A program made the translations under genes and the position numbers. The notes under the pieces are model-generated. The model was given only the letters and a program-made list of their open reading frames with translations. It did not search any database and was not told the DNA's origin. This document shows, piece after piece, positions 6,319 to 17,600 of a stretch of DNA of 64,000 nucleotides. Source of the stretch: a virus. The stretch covers positions 1 to 64,000 of the IMG/VR virus record IMGVR_UViG_3300046387_000246, one strand, 5' to 3'. Numbering within the stretch: the first letter of the stretch is position 1; each line of letters begins with the position of its first letter.

Positions 6319-6858
6319 ATGAGCTTTGACTTTGATATTGAAGATGAATACTTAGATGCTAAGTCTCTTTGCATACTGCAAGAAGAGATGACTAGCGATA
6401 GGTTCAACTGGAATCTATCTACTAAGGTGGAGGATCGTGCTCTTGATATGCTATTTCCGAACGTAGGACTTTGGAATTGGCAACTATGTAATGTAATGTA
6501 TTCTAATGGACGACCTCTAACTGATGAGTATGACCTTGTACTGCCCTTAATTAATAGGATCTCACCGCGTGCGTTAATACGAGTAAAGGCGAACCTAGTC
6601 CCTATAACTGAGTCTAGGAGAGAGTACGAGTTTCATACGGATTTACATCCAGAAGGGTATGAGGGTGCAAAGACCTCGATCTTCTATGTAAATACTAATA
6701 ATGGTTTTACTTCCATACGAGATGAGATAACTGGTTTTCAAAGAGATGTTGAGTCTAAAGAGAACAGGTTACTTAGTTTTCCACAGGAAGTAATGCATAG
6801 GGGTACCTCTTGTACTAATGCCTCAAATCGTATTGTTATCAACCTTAACTATTTTTAA
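6319..6858 (+). CDS. 2OG-Fe(II) oxygenase superfamily protein
   Basis: FHTD (HxD), IFYVNTNNG, VESKENRLLSF, MHRG, RIVINLNYF. Confidence 0.8.
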   Translation: MSFDFDIEDEYLDAKSLCILQEEMTSDRFNWNLSTKVEDRALDMLFPNVGLWNWQLCNVMYSNGRPLTDEYDLVLPLINRISPRALIRVKANLVPITESRREYEFHTDLHPEGYEGAKTSIFYVNTNNGFTSIRDEITGFQRDVESKENRLLSFPQEVMHRGTSCTNASNRIVINLNYF

Positions 6859-7098
6859 ATGATCGGATCCGAAATGTATGCTATCAGAGACTTGCTTCTC
6901 TCTTGCCCACCTGTGTATACCCTACCAGGTACGTGGACTAAGTGTAATGCTATAATTCCACACTATAATGCTAATCCTAATGCAACGTTTGCTATTTCTA
7001 TTCTAGTGATCCTTATTCTGGGTACTGGTTATGGTCTATATAAAGCGTTCTTTGATAACAAGGAGTTAGCAGATCCTTGGGATGATCACGATGATTGA
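6859..7098 (+). CDS. psbN: PsbN (photosystem biogenesis factor) homolog with N-terminal extension
   Basis: TM helix then TGYGLYKAF..KELADPWDDHDD, matching PsbN TGY.LY.AF...L.DPFEEHED. Confidence 0.8.
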   Translation: MIGSEMYAIRDLLLSCPPVYTLPGTWTKCNAIIPHYNANPNATFAISILVILILGTGYGLYKAFFDNKELADPWDDHDD

Positions 7099-7100
7099 TT

Positions 7101-7628
7101 ATGAGAATGTTAATTGAACCGTTCGGACCTAAGATACTCAGGTCTTTTCTACCTGAGAAATACAGACAAGCTTTGTTAGCAGATGCATTTAATATGGACG
7201 ATGATGCATCTCCTATCCTTGCAGGTCAAGTTAATGAGCAGTTATACTTCTATCCCGAAGAAGGGATAATGACTCCTTTTAACTATGCAGTGCACGAGTA
7301 TCTGGGAGAACAAAGATTACATACTATCGAACCCTTATGGGTAAACTTTGCAGTAGCAGGTGATTGGCAACCTGTACACAACCACGATGGTGACTTAAGT
7401 ATGGTTGCATTCCTAGATGTGCCAAAAGGTATTTACGAAGAGACTGAGATAGCAGGTTCCTTGTTCTTTCAGTATGGAGAGAGGATACAACATAATAAGA
7501 ATACTTACGGACCTATTAAACCCCAAGTAGGAGAGTTCTTTATCTTTCCTAGTTGGTTAAACCATTATGTGTATCCTTTTGTCTCGTCGGGACAGAGGAT
7601 CTCACTCTCAGGAAACATTTACACTTAA
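7101..7628 (+). CDS. 2OG-Fe(II) oxygenase (TIGR02466-like)
   Basis: WVNF..GDWQPVHNH, PQVGEFFIFPSWLNHYVYPF, RISLSGNI; start ATG 7101 or 7107. Confidence 0.8.
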   Translation: MRMLIEPFGPKILRSFLPEKYRQALLADAFNMDDDASPILAGQVNEQLYFYPEEGIMTPFNYAVHEYLGEQRLHTIEPLWVNFAVAGDWQPVHNHDGDLSMVAFLDVPKGIYEETEIAGSLFFQYGERIQHNKNTYGPIKPQVGEFFIFPSWLNHYVYPFVSSGQRISLSGNIYT

Positions 7629-7630
7629 CT

Positions 7631-7729
7631 ATGGAACTTTTTATTATCTTTGGAGGTGCTTATGCACTCTACACAGTTGGTATGGCAATCGCTACTGAAC
7701 TAGACTATCGTGCTGCTAATAAAAAATGA
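7631..7729 (+). CDS. small membrane peptide (32 aa)
   Basis: Manual ORF MELFIIFGGAYALYTVGMAIATELDYRAANKK fills the gap exactly; ATGA coupling to the next gene. Confidence 0.55.
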   Translation: MELFIIFGGAYALYTVGMAIATELDYRAANKK

Positions 7730-8013
7730 GCGACATACCTGAGTTTGAAAACTATCAAGACGAACTAGAATGGAGATTCGTAAAGATTGCGGAATCTATT
7801 AAGTCTCTTGCTATTAAGATAAAGACTGTAGAAGGATTCTTTGGAAGAGGATCTTCAATGATCCAGTATAAGATACCTGGTAACGATGACTACAGTGATC
7901 TTGCTAGTGTGTTTGACGATCTGTATGACCGTCTAAATAAGATTGAAGAAGACATTGCTATAAATGGGAGCTTACCTGATCGAAACAGGTCGGAGTTATC
8001 AGAACCCGATTGA
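7726..8013 (+). CDS. hypothetical coiled-coil protein
   Basis: 95-aa ORF. Confidence 0.7.
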   Translation: MSDIPEFENYQDELEWRFVKIAESIKSLAIKIKTVEGFFGRGSSMIQYKIPGNDDYSDLASVFDDLYDRLNKIEEDIAINGSLPDRNRSELSEPD

Positions 8014-11000
8014 TTCACACGATTATAATCGTACCTATACTGCTGCGGATTCACCTCATATTGGTAATCTTGTAACGTCAGGTTCTGATGGAGAGATGTC
8101 AGTTGATAAGAATGCGACAGGCGGTACATATACAATTACAACTGGTGGTGGTGCTGGTTCTTATCAGTTTGGTAAGGATGAGGTCTATTATATTGGTACA
8201 CAACAAACAACACGAATAGAATACGCATACGCAGAAAGAAGAGAGATATATCGTTGGTATTCTGGTAGGAGAAACGATCATCTATACTATGATCAAGTGG
8301 ATTTGGATGATAGTTTACCTATGAATCCAAAAAGATATAATAAAGAACCACGTAACGGAAGAGAAGTCTTCCTATTGTCAAAAGATAGTCATACTGGTAA
8401 CACTCAGGTATATTTGCATTATGATGCAGCAAACTTTAATTCATATCTATCAACCAGTAGTACAGGTGCACTAAGATCATTAGGTTATATTTGGTCATCA
8501 CAGGCTGCTGCTGACACTGCACAGATTGTACATCCCTCTGAAGACCTACTACCTCTATACCACTATCGTAGAGCTAACCCTGTTGACGACCTCTATACTA
8601 CAGATCCTACTAAAGAGACGAACATACAGACAGATGTGTCAGGTGTTCCCAACTCCCCTAATCCAGGAAATCAAGAATATCAGTATCAAGGTATATACGG
8701 ATACGTGTTCTCACGTACTGCTCCACGCTATAGAAATCAATATGTTGACGTAGGTAAACCAATAAACACTGGTGAAGTGAACAGATCTAACTGGTATAGT
8801 TGGTCAGGAGGGTATAATGAGGACGCATATAACAATTCTTCGCCTCCTGCAAGCACTTTAGGTTGGGGAAATCCAGATAATGCTGAAATAAACGACTCAA
8901 AAGCGAATTTTGAGTGGTTTTATGGCAAAAATGGAGCTGTAAAGGCGTGTTTACCCAAATTTTTGGGTTTTCACGATGCTTTTGAGGGTCAATTCGTCTA
9001 TTATCTGTATGATACGACATTTCCGTTCTCAGGACCGATATATGGTATTAATTTAATTACAACTGATGCTCCTTGTAACCCATCAACTGCTGATTGCCCT
9101 CACGATCCACATACATTATACCATTCTTACTACTATGAGATGCGTCAAGACGCTTGGGAGACCAAAAAGACGCATATTTCAGTAGATACACCAGGTCAAG
9201 ATGGTTTATCCGAATCATTTTGGGCTGTGGGTACTGATGATCAGATGGTATTCTTTAGATACACTACAGAGACTGGTTTCTTCGTACCTGGTGAACAAGT
9301 AAATGGGTGGTTAATACAGTCAGTGCGTTACTTTGGTGATGAACTGCGTTGTGGTTTTATGAGATTGCAGACTATAGCAGGTGCAAAAGGTAATGTATTC
9401 ACTTATCAACAAACATTTACCTCTACAAACAGTGGAACTGCTTCAATATTGGCAGGTTACGGTATTCCTGATAAAGCAGCATTCTTCGGTGTGTATGAAT
9501 TTCCTAAGAAATTGTCCTATTATAAAGCAGAAATCGATAATGATGCACTAATACCACAAAGAAACTTCGATGAAGCAATTTTACAAGCGTATGTAAGTGA
9601 AAAAGGGGAGATTGAAGAGATAGAAATTATCAATGCAGGTAAAGATTACAAAGATCCTGACATTATTATCTCTATTCCAGACATTAGAAGAGTGGAAGGG
9701 TTCACTGATACTGCTACAAACATCCCAGAAATGTTTGTTGATGGTATTTCTGGTGAACCTCAGCTCAATTTTCAGACTACAGAAGACTTTGAGCAATCAA
9801 ATAAGGCAGGTAGGGAGACAGTTACACATCTTGAAAAGCAAAAATGGGAGACAGATGCAGGTTATACTAAAAGTGTAAAGCAAGCAAAGGCATCTATCAT
9901 ATTAAATGAAGAAGGATGTATCAAAAGTGTAACCATATTGGAACCTGGTGCGGGTTATCAACCAGGTGAAGAGGTTGGTGTGCGTGTTGTAGAGCGTGAT
10001 AAAGAGACTAGAGAAGACACATTCGTTGGAGAAGACACCAAAAATGTCCAAGCGGAGTTAGATAATTCATTTGATAGTGACGATACACCGAAGGAAGTAA
10101 GAGATGCATTAAAAGATCCAATGCGTATTATGAAGGAAGGATTATCTTCCATTGATACAACTATATCAACAGACTATGTAACTGGGTATATTGGTGTAGC
10201 AGATCTTGAAAAAGATGAAAAAACTAAGTTCTGTGACAAGATTCCTTCAGAGTGCTTATCACCTGACCTAGGAAAGAACTGGTATAGACTTGGAAATATC
10301 ATAAATCCAGACACATATGTCGGAGGAATCGCTTCTTCACCAAATTCCACTCCAATAGCAAATGAATTGACTAAGTTTTTAAGTCCATCTGTAAGTAATA
10401 ATGTTGCACATTCAAACTATTTGGAAGAAAAGACCTCAAATGGTCTGCCAGGTATGTTTGGTGGTGCTTGTTTAGAGACATTCCAAGCAAAACTATACGG
10501 AGTGAAAAGATTTTTTGATGTACCTTGCCCTATGACTGGATATGATCAATACGGAAAGTACAAAACTTTTGGATTTATCCCATACAAGTATTGCGGAAGT
10601 AAACAAGAAAGTGCACAGGTACGTGTTTCTATTAGTGTAGAGGGTGATGTATCTAAAAAAGGAGAGACAGTTAATCAAGCGTTCCTTGATTGGTTGGAAT
10701 CTCTACCTAAACCTACACTGACTAGACCAAGACCTGTTATGGATGGTAATACTGATAAAACAACCAAGTCACACGCTTGTAATCGTGGTGGTGATGTGAA
10801 TGGTCGTTGCTTTGCTACAGGTAATGGTACATATAGTTTTGTTCCTGAAGCAGGTGATGAGAATACATTTGACTTTGTAGGAACAGAACTAGAGAAGTTA
10901 GCTACGTGGGTAGGTCCTGGCAACTATAACAGTTACGGAACTGGTACAGTGGAGATTACAGACACGATGTTAACGCCACCTAATGACACGTATTCGCACA

Positions 11001-11422
11001 CCTATAACACAATACAATTTGCTACGTGTACAAATGGCAAGTTTCCTAATCCGTGCTGGCACAATTTCATTGCTGATGGCGTACTTGATGTTTATAGTGG
11101 ATATGATGAGAACGGTAATGGGCTTGCATCTGATAACATATGCACAGGACAACCTTTCTCAGACCCATCTACGTGGGTGCAGAGTAGTGTCTTAAACTCA
11201 TATGGTGAATGTGCTGCATTGCAGAACATTGTGCACTCTACTGTGGCATTTGACACAGGTAAAACTAACGAAGATAATCCATACATAGAACTAGGACCGA
11301 TAAACGGTAATATGCACTGGGTCAACTACCTTCCTGGTGCAACACATCTATTAACCCAATCATTAAAGAGATATGGTAATCCGTATTTCGACGAATGCGA
11401 TATAATTGAACCTGAACAATAA
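7964..11422 (+). CDS. large virion structural protein (baseplate hub/spike-associated)
   Basis: 1152 aa; G.I..I.I.N.G..Y motifs shared with baseplate proteins; directly upstream of PAAR; TATAAAT at its start. Confidence 0.6.
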   Translation: MGAYLIETGRSYQNPIDSHDYNRTYTAADSPHIGNLVTSGSDGEMSVDKNATGGTYTITTGGGAGSYQFGKDEVYYIGTQQTTRIEYAYAERREIYRWYSGRRNDHLYYDQVDLDDSLPMNPKRYNKEPRNGREVFLLSKDSHTGNTQVYLHYDAANFNSYLSTSSTGALRSLGYIWSSQAAADTAQIVHPSEDLLPLYHYRRANPVDDLYTTDPTKETNIQTDVSGVPNSPNPGNQEYQYQGIYGYVFSRTAPRYRNQYVDVGKPINTGEVNRSNWYSWSGGYNEDAYNNSSPPASTLGWGNPDNAEINDSKANFEWFYGKNGAVKACLPKFLGFHDAFEGQFVYYLYDTTFPFSGPIYGINLITTDAPCNPSTADCPHDPHTLYHSYYYEMRQDAWETKKTHISVDTPGQDGLSESFWAVGTDDQMVFFRYTTETGFFVPGEQVNGWLIQSVRYFGDELRCGFMRLQTIAGAKGNVFTYQQTFTSTNSGTASILAGYGIPDKAAFFGVYEFPKKLSYYKAEIDNDALIPQRNFDEAILQAYVSEKGEIEEIEIINAGKDYKDPDIIISIPDIRRVEGFTDTATNIPEMFVDGISGEPQLNFQTTEDFEQSNKAGRETVTHLEKQKWETDAGYTKSVKQAKASIILNEEGCIKSVTILEPGAGYQPGEEVGVRVVERDKETREDTFVGEDTKNVQAELDNSFDSDDTPKEVRDALKDPMRIMKEGLSSIDTTISTDYVTGYIGVADLEKDEKTKFCDKIPSECLSPDLGKNWYRLGNIINPDTYVGGIASSPNSTPIANELTKFLSPSVSNNVAHSNYLEEKTSNGLPGMFGGACLETFQAKLYGVKRFFDVPCPMTGYDQYGKYKTFGFIPYKYCGSKQESAQVRVSISVEGDVSKKGETVNQAFLDWLESLPKPTLTRPRPVMDGNTDKTTKSHACNRGGDVNGRCFATGNGTYSFVPEAGDENTFDFVGTELEKLATWVGPGNYNSYGTGTVEITDTMLTPPNDTYSHTYNTIQFATCTNGKFPNPCWHNFIADGVLDVYSGYDENGNGLASDNICTGQPFSDPSTWVQSSVLNSYGECAALQNIVHSTVAFDTGKTNEDNPYIELGPINGNMHWVNYLPGATHLLTQSLKRYGNPYFDECDIIEPEQ

Positions 11423-11955
11423 TGGCATTAGGAGTCTTAAAACCAGTTGCGAATCATAATGGGTTACCTGACACAGGTCACGGTATACCTATTCCTTCGA
11501 CTATTCATAGTACACAACCTTGTAATAGTCCTCCTATTGAATTACCAATTATTGTTAAGGACAAAACTTGTTTATGGCCACCAACACCATTGGTTCCATT
11601 AACTGCTCTCAATCCAATGCGAGCAACAGTATTGGTAAATGGTTTGCCAATTATGATTAACTCTGATACTTTTACCACACACAGAAGTATCACAACCAAT
11701 ATTATTAACTATGTGTGCCCTTGTGGTAAGGCAATGTGCATTATACCGACTCCTATTAACTGTAGTTTGCTTACTATGGAAGATATGAAGGGAATTGGAC
11801 ACGGAAGAACACTATGGGCAACTACATTTACTGTATTTGCGTTCAAAATTCCTATTGGTCGTCTTACAGACCCATTAGGATTCGGTGTAACTGGTAAATC
11901 TTGGCCGTGTTCGTCTGCTATTGCCTTTGGAAGTCCAAATGTATTGGCAGGTTGA
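11422..11955 (+). CDS. PAAR-like spike tip protein (T4 gp5.4-like) with Cys/Pro-rich insertions
   Basis: DTGHG, ATVLVNGLPI..DTFTTH, GHGR, TVFAFKIPIGRLTDPL, C...IAFGSPNVLAG. Confidence 0.75.
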   Translation: MALGVLKPVANHNGLPDTGHGIPIPSTIHSTQPCNSPPIELPIIVKDKTCLWPPTPLVPLTALNPMRATVLVNGLPIMINSDTFTTHRSITTNIINYVCPCGKAMCIIPTPINCSLLTMEDMKGIGHGRTLWATTFTVFAFKIPIGRLTDPLGFGVTGKSWPCSSAIAFGSPNVLAG

Positions 11956-11972
11956 TCTAAATATGCTACAAT
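11944..11972 (+). promoter_or_regulatory. sigma70-like promoter TTGGCA-17-TACAAT (extended -10) with embedded late-type CTAAATA
   Basis: TTGGCA 11944-11949, TG-c-TACAAT 11964-11972, CTAAATA 11957-11963. Confidence 0.5.
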
Positions 11973-11993
11973 CCTACTAGATCATTATTTTTT

Positions 11994-12131
11994 ATGGCAG
12001 TCTATTCGAATACAAACCTATTGAAGGAACCTAACCCTAAAAAAACACGTCAAGGGATGGGAAAACATAGCAAATTAAGTGCAACTTCACGTAATCAAAA
12101 GCGTAAGAGGTATCGAGGGCAAGGAAAGTGA
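11994..12131 (+). CDS. small very basic protein (45 aa, ...KKTRQGMGKHSKLSATSRNQKRKRYRGQGK)
   Basis: Manual ORF; motif recalled from cyanomyovirus genes next to gp25. Confidence 0.75.
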   Translation: MAVYSNTNLLKEPNPKKTRQGMGKHSKLSATSRNQKRKRYRGQGK

Positions 12132-12165
12132 CTAAATAGACATATAATGTCAATATTAACGCTTA

Positions 12166-12573
12166 ATGGCGTATCGGTTTAACGCAGAAAGAAATTTATC
12201 ACGTCAATTCCGTGACCTCAGTATAGGGATGAAAGCAAACCCCAATACTGAGGATTTTTCTATTGTAAAGAATCAGAATGCTATTAAGCAAGCGATGAAA
12301 AACCTTATCCTGACAGGATTTGGTGAGAGACCATTTCAACCAACTAAAGGATCTCGTTTACGTCAGATGCTTTTTGAACCTTTTGATGTGTTTATGTCAG
12401 AAGAACTTAAAGAAGAGATGTTTAACGTATTAAAGACTTTTGAACCTCGCATCGTGGTTAATGAAATAAGAATGATACCTGGTGAACCAAATGAACTAGA
12501 AGTGGAAGTTGATTACACCATTGTAGGAGAGACCCTCATACAAACTGTTGATTTCTTATTGGAGAAAGTATAA
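12166..12573 (+). CDS. gp25: baseplate wedge/sheath initiator gp25
   Basis: AIKQAMKNLILT..GERPFQP..GS.L..LFE, FEPRI; CTAAATA late promoter at 12132. Confidence 0.92.
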   Translation: MAYRFNAERNLSRQFRDLSIGMKANPNTEDFSIVKNQNAIKQAMKNLILTGFGERPFQPTKGSRLRQMLFEPFDVFMSEELKEEMFNVLKTFEPRIVVNEIRMIPGEPNELEVEVDYTIVGETLIQTVDFLLEKV

Positions 12574-14666
12574 TGGCAGCAATTCCATCCAATTTAACCT
12601 CGTTAGATTTTACAGAGATCAGAGAATCTATTCGATCATATCTAAGAACAAGAGATGAGTTCACAGATTATGATTTTGACGGTTCTGCTGCATCATATCT
12701 TTTAGATGTTTTATCATATAACACTTATTATGCTTCATTCACCGCTAATATGGCGATGAACGAGGCTTTTCTCGAATCTGCGACTATTAGAGATAACGTT
12801 GTTAAAATTGCAAAACAATTAAACTATACACCACGTTCTGTAAAAGCACCAAAAGGATGTGTGCGATTTGCAGTACAAACTACTGTAATTGGTAATAGCA
12901 CAGACTATCCTAGTAGTGTAACTATGATTGCAGGTGATGTATTTGTTTCTACAACTGCTGGACAGGGATATACATTCACATTGCCAGAGAATTTAGTTGC
13001 TACTGTTGATCAAGCAACTGGAATCGCAACATTTACACAAGTTGTGATCTATCAAGGTAATACATTAGAGTATGAGTACGTTGTAGAGGACGTTAAGAAG
13101 AGAACATATCTAGTTCCATCAGATGCTATTGATACTGACCTATTAAAGGTCTCTATTGCACCTAACGCACAGTCTGAAGAGATTGACACATATAACTTAG
13201 TAGAAAATATTGTTGATGTTGATGGAACTACTCGTGGTTACTTCCTTGAAGAGACTGATGACCAAAGATACAACGTAGTTTTTGGTGATGGAGTTATCTG
13301 TCGTCAGTTAATTGCAGGTGAGGTTATTAAACTTAAGTATGTGAAGACTGAAGGAACTGCTGCTAACGGATGTAAGAGATTTAGCTTCATTGGACGCATT
13401 CAAGATTCAACTGGTCGCTTTGTTGCTACATCAAATGTATCATTAGTGACCATTGACGGTGCACAAGACGGTGAGGACTTAGAATCTACCCTATCGATTA
13501 AATTCAACGCTCCTAGGGCGTTTAACAGTCAAAACAGGGCAGTTACCGAATCAGACTATGAATACATTACCAAAAAAGTCTATCCTCAAGCAAAAGCAGT
13601 AACTGCTTACGGTGGGGAACGCTTACAACCTCCTGTTTATGGAAAGGTATACATTTCAATTAGGACTAAATCAGGTGCTTTACTTAATACCACAACTAAA
13701 AAAAGAATCAGGACAGATTTACAAAAATATTCCATCGCTGCGATTGAACCAGTTATCGTTGACCCAATTACCCTCTTTATCAGACCTAAAACTTGGGCAT
13801 TCTTTGACGGTAATAAGACTACACTATCAAATAATGAAATTGCGTCTAAAGTTCTTGGAGCTATCGATCAGTACAATTCTCAAGCAGAATCAACTCGATT
13901 TAATGGTCGTATTGATATCTCTGCTTACCAAACGATGATCGATTCATCAGATCCTGCAATTAGTGGTAATGTCACTCATATGACATTGGGTATGAACGTT
14001 GCTGGATTTAACTTTGGTCAAACATTTACTCAATGTATTGACTTTGGTAATGAAATCGCTAACCCTAACGATCTTTCAGGAGCAGACAAAGGGGGAAGTG
14101 GTACTGGCACAGATAACGGAGGTACTTGCACACCTAAGTATTCAAGTGTTAAGAGTGGTACATTCTATGCAACTGGTTATACCGAGAGTCTTCTCGCATT
14201 AACTGGAAGCACAAATGGCAATCAGATATCTTCTGCTTCTCTAATAGAGAATGACACTTCTGCATTCCTTCCAGTGAATATTCGTGATGATGGTTACGGA
14301 ACTCTAATTTTGGTTACAAAGGTTGACGAAACAGAGACTGTACTGAAAAAGAATGTAGGAACTGTAGATTATAAGAATGGACAGGTATGTTTAGGACCTA
14401 TCGATGTAGCAAGTACACCTGATGGAACTAATAGAATCCCTGTTACCGTGATACCTGCATCTAGTAACATAGACGTAGGTCCTGGCTTAGATCCAGCAAT
14501 CTTTAACCCAACTGTTCAGTCGATTGATTACACGATTGATACAACAAATGCTAAAACATTTGACCCATTTGACTTTACTCCTATCAACTTCGATGGTAGT
14601 TCTATAAATATCATTGATTATCCAACCACTGTATACGAAGTACCAGAATTTAATTCTTGCTTCTAG
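12573..14666 (+). CDS. gp6: baseplate wedge subunit gp6
   Basis: LDF..I..S...YL....EFTDYDF.GS, LLD.L.YNTYY, NE.FL.SA..R, QNRAVT..DY. Confidence 0.92.
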   Translation: MAAIPSNLTSLDFTEIRESIRSYLRTRDEFTDYDFDGSAASYLLDVLSYNTYYASFTANMAMNEAFLESATIRDNVVKIAKQLNYTPRSVKAPKGCVRFAVQTTVIGNSTDYPSSVTMIAGDVFVSTTAGQGYTFTLPENLVATVDQATGIATFTQVVIYQGNTLEYEYVVEDVKKRTYLVPSDAIDTDLLKVSIAPNAQSEEIDTYNLVENIVDVDGTTRGYFLEETDDQRYNVVFGDGVICRQLIAGEVIKLKYVKTEGTAANGCKRFSFIGRIQDSTGRFVATSNVSLVTIDGAQDGEDLESTLSIKFNAPRAFNSQNRAVTESDYEYITKKVYPQAKAVTAYGGERLQPPVYGKVYISIRTKSGALLNTTTKKRIRTDLQKYSIAAIEPVIVDPITLFIRPKTWAFFDGNKTTLSNNEIASKVLGAIDQYNSQAESTRFNGRIDISAYQTMIDSSDPAISGNVTHMTLGMNVAGFNFGQTFTQCIDFGNEIANPNDLSGADKGGSGTGTDNGGTCTPKYSSVKSGTFYATGYTESLLALTGSTNGNQISSASLIENDTSAFLPVNIRDDGYGTLILVTKVDETETVLKKNVGTVDYKNGQVCLGPIDVASTPDGTNRIPVTVIPASSNIDVGPGLDPAIFNPTVQSIDYTIDTTNAKTFDPFDFTPINFDGSSINIIDYPTTVYEVPEFNSCF
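14603..14610 (+). promoter_or_regulatory. T4-type late promoter TATAAATA
   Basis: Exact consensus about 70 bp upstream of the giant gene. Confidence 0.7.
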
Positions 14667-14682
14667 TCTCTAAAAACATAAG

Positions 14683-17600
14683 ATGAAGGCTATTACAATA
14701 TCAGATAGGTTGCAGGATCAAATTCCTGCATTCATTAAAGAAGATAACGACCAGTTTGTCAATCTTTTAACGCAATATTATAAATCTCAAGAGAAATCGG
14801 GTCGTCCGTACGATGTTTTAAGTAACATACTGAGATATACAGATATTGGTTCGGGAGAATTTGACCCAAATTTCCTTTCTTCTACCTCTGCTGTACTAGA
14901 AAGAGTAGATCCGACACAAAAAACTATAATTGCAGAAAACGTAAATTACTTCCTCGAAAATGATGGTACAATTAAGATCGATGAAGAAGTCATTTACTAT
15001 GACAAAATTACACACTCTCCTGACATTGTTTTCACGCCTGGTGTTGACAAAGCCGAATTCGATAGAAAAATCCAAGAATTCGAACCAATTTCTGATCAAT
15101 TTGATGGTTCAACAACGCTATTTCCTTTAAGGTTACTTGGAAAACCTGTAACTCCTCAAAGTTCACAACATCTTCTTGTTATTGTAAATAACGAGTTTAA
15201 ATATCCAGATGTAGACTATTTCCTTGAAGGAGATAAGATACGTCTTGTAAACCCCCCAGAAACCCCTACAGGACTGCTTACAGGTGCTATCAATACAGTT
15301 CGTTACCTAATTGGTTACACAAGCATTCCTGTACGTTCTCTGGACACCATTACTGTTGCTAATGATGCTAAAGAATTTGAATTAAAGTTAGACGGATCAA
15401 GTTATACTCCATTATCTACTGTATCTTCTATAGTTGTTGTTAATAGAGTAGAAAAACGTCCATATGAAGATTTTACAATATTTGAAAATAAATTAATCTT
15501 TAAAGAGGATATTGGTGAAAATTCTGTTATCGCTATTCGTTCAATTGAACTTATTGCACCTGAATTTGGTGGTGGTGCGAGTGCAGTTGCTCAAATTGAA
15601 GATGAGAAGTTAAAATCAGTTATTGTTAAGGAAGGTGGTAGTGGATATCGTTTAAGTTTCGCTCCTAAGATTAGTGTTGCGTCAACTAAGGGTACTGGGT
15701 TTGGTGCTACTGCTGAAGCACTTGTTAATGGTATTAAAGAGACTCAATTACTATTTGCAGGACAAGGTTACGCTTCAAACAATCCTCCAGTTGTTATTGT
15801 TGACTCACCTGCTGACCCTGAAGGTAAAACTGCTCAAATCCGTGCAGTTGTTGATGATTCCATCGAAGGGGTCTCACAACTCATTGTAGACAGTTCAGGA
15901 AGTGGTTACGATAGGATCCCATCGATCAAATTCCAGAATCCTGGTGGTGCAACCATTAGTAACCCAACGTTAACTAACGGTGTGATCGATCCTGATTCAA
16001 TTACTGTCACAGATGATGGTTCAGGATATACTACTGCACCTCTTGTGTATTTGGATCTTCCAACAGGTGACAATGCCATAAGAGCTAACGTTGTTGCAAC
16101 AATTGATGCATTCGGGCGTGTTAATGGCATTACAGTCGTTTCAGGAGGACAAGGTTACACCAGTGTTCCTAGAGCACGTATTATTGATCCTGTAGGTGCA
16201 CAAATACTTGATGTCAATGTAACTGCGGGTAGAGTTACTAATATTGAACTATTAACTGGTGGTGCAGGTTACACAGACGCTCCATCGGTGTATATCGTTG
16301 ATAATAGGAAGGATATTACTGGTGCACCAGCTGGTGGTACTGGAGCAACTGCTGTTGCAACCATATTCAACGGAGAGATTACTGATATCAATATAACCAG
16401 TTTTGGAAATGGATACTCAGAAACAGAACCTCCTCAAGTTTTTATTGCTGCTCCACCTGCACCTGAAGCGTCTTGTGACGTTGGTTTTGGTGAAATTACT
16501 GGATTTACGATCCATAGTGCAGGTTCTGGATATCAACCATCTGCATTTGTTAACTGTAAGCGTGGTGTTTCTAGCACATCTTCATTTGATCAGAAAGGAA
16601 ACCAAGTATACAGTACAGAAGCATCTACAATTCAATCTTCACACGAGATTGGAGGAGTCATTCACAACCTAGATACACTCTTTGCTAAGGAATTATACAG
16701 AAGGTACGTAAATCAATATCTACCAAATGCGGAAATTGACTATGAAAAAGTAAATGCTCCGCAGATCATTAAAACTATTTCGGATTTTTACGCATCTAAG
16801 GGTACAAAGATCTCAACACAGTACCTATTCAAGATGCTGTTCTCTGAGAATGTGGATGTATCTTATCCAAAAGATGAGGTTATTAAACCATCTGCTGCAT
16901 CTTGGAACGTAGATACAGTCCTCCGTGCTGAACTTATAGAAGGTGATCCTATTGATTTACTTGATTCACAGTTAATTCAGTATGTGGATGACGTAGATAA
17001 CTCTGTTAAGGGTGCATCTGCACTGATTGAGAACGTTATTGCTATCAATACTGGTGTAGGAACTGTATATGAACTTGCTATATCTGAGGAAACACTACAG
17101 GGTTCATTCACTATACCCTACAAAACAACTCTTGTAGAATCACTTAACACTACAGAATCAATCATTACTGTTGACTCTACGATTGGTTGGCCAGAAAGAA
17201 ACGGAACTATCCGTATTAATGATACTGAGCAAGTACAATATAAGGAAAAGACACTTAACCAGTTCATTGAGTGTACACGTTCTAAGAATGGTGTTGTTGA
17301 AGATTGGGATGCGGGAACTGTAATTCACTCTGATATATTTGTATATTGCAATCGTGGAACCAATACTGAGATTAAATTGCGTGTTTTAGGTATTGCTGAT
17401 GCAAAATCTACCGTATTGACTGATACTGGTTCGTACTACTTACCTGGTGATAAATTAAACGTTGCATCTCTAGGTTCTACTGCTACAGATCAGCGTATCA
17501 CTTCTTGGTTGTATAACGTTAAGAAACTGATAAACGTTACTGATATTGTACCTGGCGGACTTAATAACCAGACTGCAACCGTAACTTGCTCTAATAAGCA

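Noticed and set aside
6319-6858. Endonuclease V label that I recall being applied to this family
   Set aside because: Motifs are HxD...H...R of 2OG-Fe(II) oxygenases.
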